Assembly: GCA_965226555.1 (NCBI GenBank)
Contig: CBDDDG010000001.1
Location: 269,951-333,950 of the forward strand
Length of the DNA: 64,000 bases
Origin: Salinispira sp.
Lineage (GTDB): Bacteria; Spirochaetota; Spirochaetia; DSM-27196; Salinispiraceae
Reading direction: 5' to 3'
Part shown: piece by piece, positions 61,848 to 64,000 of the stretch
Position numbering within the stretch: the stretch's first letter is position 1
How the letters are laid out: every line of letters starts with the position of its first letter
Translations under genes and position numbers: made by a program
Notes under the pieces: generated by a model
Database searches by the model: none
What the model saw: only the letters and a program-made list of their open reading frames with translations
Told to the model about the DNA's origin: nothing

Positions 61848-62080
61848 TAATATCCCAAAATAATAGAAACTTTTTGAAAAAATTTCTCATTGTATCATTC
61901 ACCGTTCATATTTACCCCATCTATATAGTATGGGGAAAGATTATATCGATATGGTACACGCTGGAAATATGCTTTCAAGAATGTTCAGATATTCCGGGAT
62001 TTCATCCATTCATACTTCAACAAAAACCTCGCGCTGAGCATTGTTCCCGGGAGCGTGCGTCAATACACCCTATAATACAG

Positions 62081-62106
62081 GGCGAATTCAACCATACGCT
62101 CACCCC
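62081..62106 (+). mobile_element. Solo IS30-like inverted repeat
   Basis: GGCGAATTCAACCATA identical to the IR tip at 20137-20122. Confidence 0.6.
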
Positions 62107-62295
62107 ATTCCTGCCCACTCATCCCTCCTTCCCCCATCCCCGAAAAAAATTCACACATTTTGCAAAATTCTTTCAAAAAACATAGTTAAAAATGACTTTT
62201 TACCCGTCACATATATAGAGGGGAGAATTCACCATGGGACCATGTCGCCATGGGAGCTCCCCTATTCAGAAAGAAACGTTCAGAAAAAACATTCA

Positions 62296-62421
62296 GAAAC
62301 TTTTGCATTGGAAAATTGTGCTTGCACAATTTCCAGTAGCAAAAGTTTCAGATTCGGAATGCTTTGTATGTGCTTAGCATTCTTCTATTTTATAGAAAGT
62401 TTTGCATTTTGCAAAACTTTC
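62296..62421. mobile_element. Composite palindromic element (126 bp)
   Basis: Flanked by ATTCA/GTTCA; reverse-complement homologue of 63299-63425; ends 5 bp before the AGGAGG RBS of the Rpn gene. Confidence 0.88.
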
Positions 62422-62916
62422 GTTCAGGAGGATTGTATGATCGATTTCAAAGAAAAACCCGCCCCCATTCCCTACGACCAAGGCTACCGCTCTCTGCTGT
62501 TCCAACCCGCAATAATGCTCCAATTTCTGCAACGCTTTGTTGGAGGCAGATGGACGAAAAAATTGCGAATCGAGGATATAACCATTGAAAACGGTACCTT
62601 TTTCATTGACCATGCGAAAACACGAATGGCCGACATCGTCTGCAAAATCAGAAGTCGGGATCACACGGGAGATGTTGCTATCTATGTGCTCCTTGAGCAT
62701 CAGTCTGGAGTGGACAAAGACATGCCCCTCCGCATGTCAGAGTACACGAATTTGCTCTATCGGAACATTCACCGCTCCGGCGCAATTCCCGATGACTGCG
62801 AGTTGATATTTCTGCCCATTGTGTTCTATAATGGCACTCGAAAATGGAAGGTGCCGGGGAATGTCAGAGCGCAGAACACGCGGGAATTCCCGCAGTATCT
62901 TGCTCCCTTTCCCTAA

Positions 62917-63040
62917 CAAAGTTTTGCCTTGGAAAATTGTGCAAGCACAATTTTCCAAGGCAAAACTTTCTATATCTTGAAAGAATCAAATATATAGATG
63001 GGAGAATCCTTATTGGAAAATTTTGCGGAGCAAAATTTTC
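62917..63040. mobile_element. Composite palindromic element inside the Rpn gene
   Basis: Nested hairpin caaagttttgccttggaaaattgtgcaagcacaattttccaaggcaaaactttc, spacer, then gaaaattttgcggagcaaaattttc. Confidence 0.85.
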
Positions 63041-63298
63041 GGTACGATCTTATTAACGAGAACGATTATTCTGCGGAGCAGCTGCAGCATCGGGGAAGAA
63101 TGTTTGCGGCTGTTATGTACCTTGATCTATACTCAAAAAATCTGCTGAATACGGATTGGGACATTCAGAAGGTGGAGAAAGCGATAGCAGAAATGCTCAA
63201 TGAGGAATCGCTGGAGCTGATAGAGGAATTTATCGGCGTGGTAGATTCTATGTTCGGAATAGTTATAGATTTAGACACGTTAATGAACAGATTAGAAA

Positions 63299-63425
63299 CA
63301 AAGTTTTGCCAGAGGCAAAACTTTCTATAAAATTGGAGAATGCTATGTACATAGAAAGCATCCTCGATCTGAAACTTTTGCTACTGGAAATTGTGCTCTG
63401 CACAATTTTCCAATGCAAAAGTTTC
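63299..63425. mobile_element. Composite palindromic element inside the Rpn gene, AGAAA TSD
   Basis: AGAAA-caaagttttgc...gcaaaagtttc-AGAAA. Confidence 0.9.
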
Positions 63426-63465
63426 AGAAAGAACAAAAGAACCGAGAGGTAAGGAGGTAGCAAAA

Positions 63466-63798
63466 ATGTTCAGAATGAATGCGGAAACATTCAGAGCGCA
63501 CATTGCAGAAATGGGTCGGCAGGAAGGACTTCAGGCAGGATTGCAGACAGGTCGACAGGAAGGTCGTGAAGAAGGACTTCAGACAGGATTGCAGACAGGT
63601 CGGCAGGAAGGACTTCAGACAGGTCGTGAAGAAGGACTTCAAAAGGGGCTACAGGCAGGCCGCGCGGAGGGGCATATTGAGGAGCGGAGAAAAAACGCCC
63701 GTAGTATGTTTTCCAAAGGATTTTCAGCCCATGACATTCAGGATGTTACCGGGTTGAGCGATGAGGAAATGCGGACATTGCGAAACGGATCGCATTAA
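63466..63798 (+). CDS. Internal small C-terminal Rpn product (RpnS-like), 110 aa
   Basis: AAGGAGGT (63451-58) before in-frame ATG 63466; GRQEGLQT repeats. Confidence 0.65.
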   Translation: MFRMNAETFRAHIAEMGRQEGLQAGLQTGRQEGREEGLQTGLQTGRQEGLQTGREEGLQKGLQAGRAEGHIEERRKNARSMFSKGFSAHDIQDVTGLSDEEMRTLRNGSH

Positions 63799-63875
63799 GT
63801 TGGAACCGCTCGGCCTGCGCGCAGAGCGGATAATATCAACATCTGGATCAACCTCACATACCAGTTCCTTCAGGA

Positions 63876-63983
63876 ATGCTTACGGAGGGTATGTCGATAG
63901 ACTTTATTCATAAGTACACTGAGCTCAGTGAAGATGAAATTCGAGCATTTCAGAAAAACAGCAGGGAAAACGGTAGAGCATAA
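63876..63983 (+). pseudogene. Orphan Rpn-type C-terminal tail
   Basis: MLTEGMSIDFIHKYTELSEDEIRAF parallels MFSKGFSAHDIQDVTGLSDEEMRTL of the upstream gene. Confidence 0.6.
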
Positions 63984-64000
63984 TACGCAGCCGCGCATTT

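Larger units (their letters stand above)
62437..63798 (+). pseudogene. Rpn/YhgA-like PD-(D/E)XK nuclease gene interrupted by two palindromic elements
   Basis: AGGAGG RBS; YD..YR.L, R.ADIV, YVLLEHQS.VD..MP.RM..Y and PIVFYNG..KW motifs; removing 62912-63040 and 63299-63430 gives a continuous 366-aa ORF ending in EG repeats and ARSM..KG.....I..VTGLS.EE. Confidence 0.88.

Noticed and set aside
62041..62436. N-terminal extension of the Rpn ORF in the track
   Set aside because: It is read-through of the IS30 IR and a palindromic element; the RBS and family similarity begin at ATG 62437.
61723..63425. Palindromic repeats as a CRISPR array or as simple terminators
   Set aside because: Spacing is irregular, orientations are mixed, units are nested, TSDs are present and copies insert inside a CDS.
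62912..63430. Group I/II self-splicing introns in the Rpn gene
   Set aside because: The inserts are only ~130 bp, lack intron core motifs and have intergenic homologues in both orientations.

Overview
Chromosomal segment of a spirochaete. The assignment rests on a FlcA-like flagellar collar gene beside a glycerol-3-phosphate acyltransferase and a CBM48-like gene, an Msp-like outer-sheath protein and spirochaetal lipoprotein signals. It is probably marine and host-associated, given the many Fn3, BspA/DUF285, ankyrin and propeller-repeat surface proteins. Core genes are algH/yqgE, rluA, dusA, mnmA, efp, gltA, lpdA, sucB, tRNA-Leu(CAG), sod, sufS/sufU, ilvE, ssb, a fused trp operon (trpE, trpGD, trpCF and an unusual trpB-trpA fusion) and trxA. 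Accessory content includes an AT-richer fucosidase/sugar-ABC/two-component island, three mosaic Fn3 lipoproteins (one apparently switched off by a G11 tract), IS30 remnants and an Rpn-family nuclease locus. The most striking unexplained structure is a family of short, modular, nested AT-rich palindromic elements (core GAAAGTTTTGC-loop-GCAAAACTTTC, 24-127 bp, often with 5-bp target duplications). About 12-14 copies are visible. They sit in promoters, insert in-frame into a lipoprotein signal peptide, and interrupt the Rpn gene twice with frame-preserving lengths while leaving its internal small C-terminal ORF intact. All calls come from reading the sequence by eye; no database searches were run.
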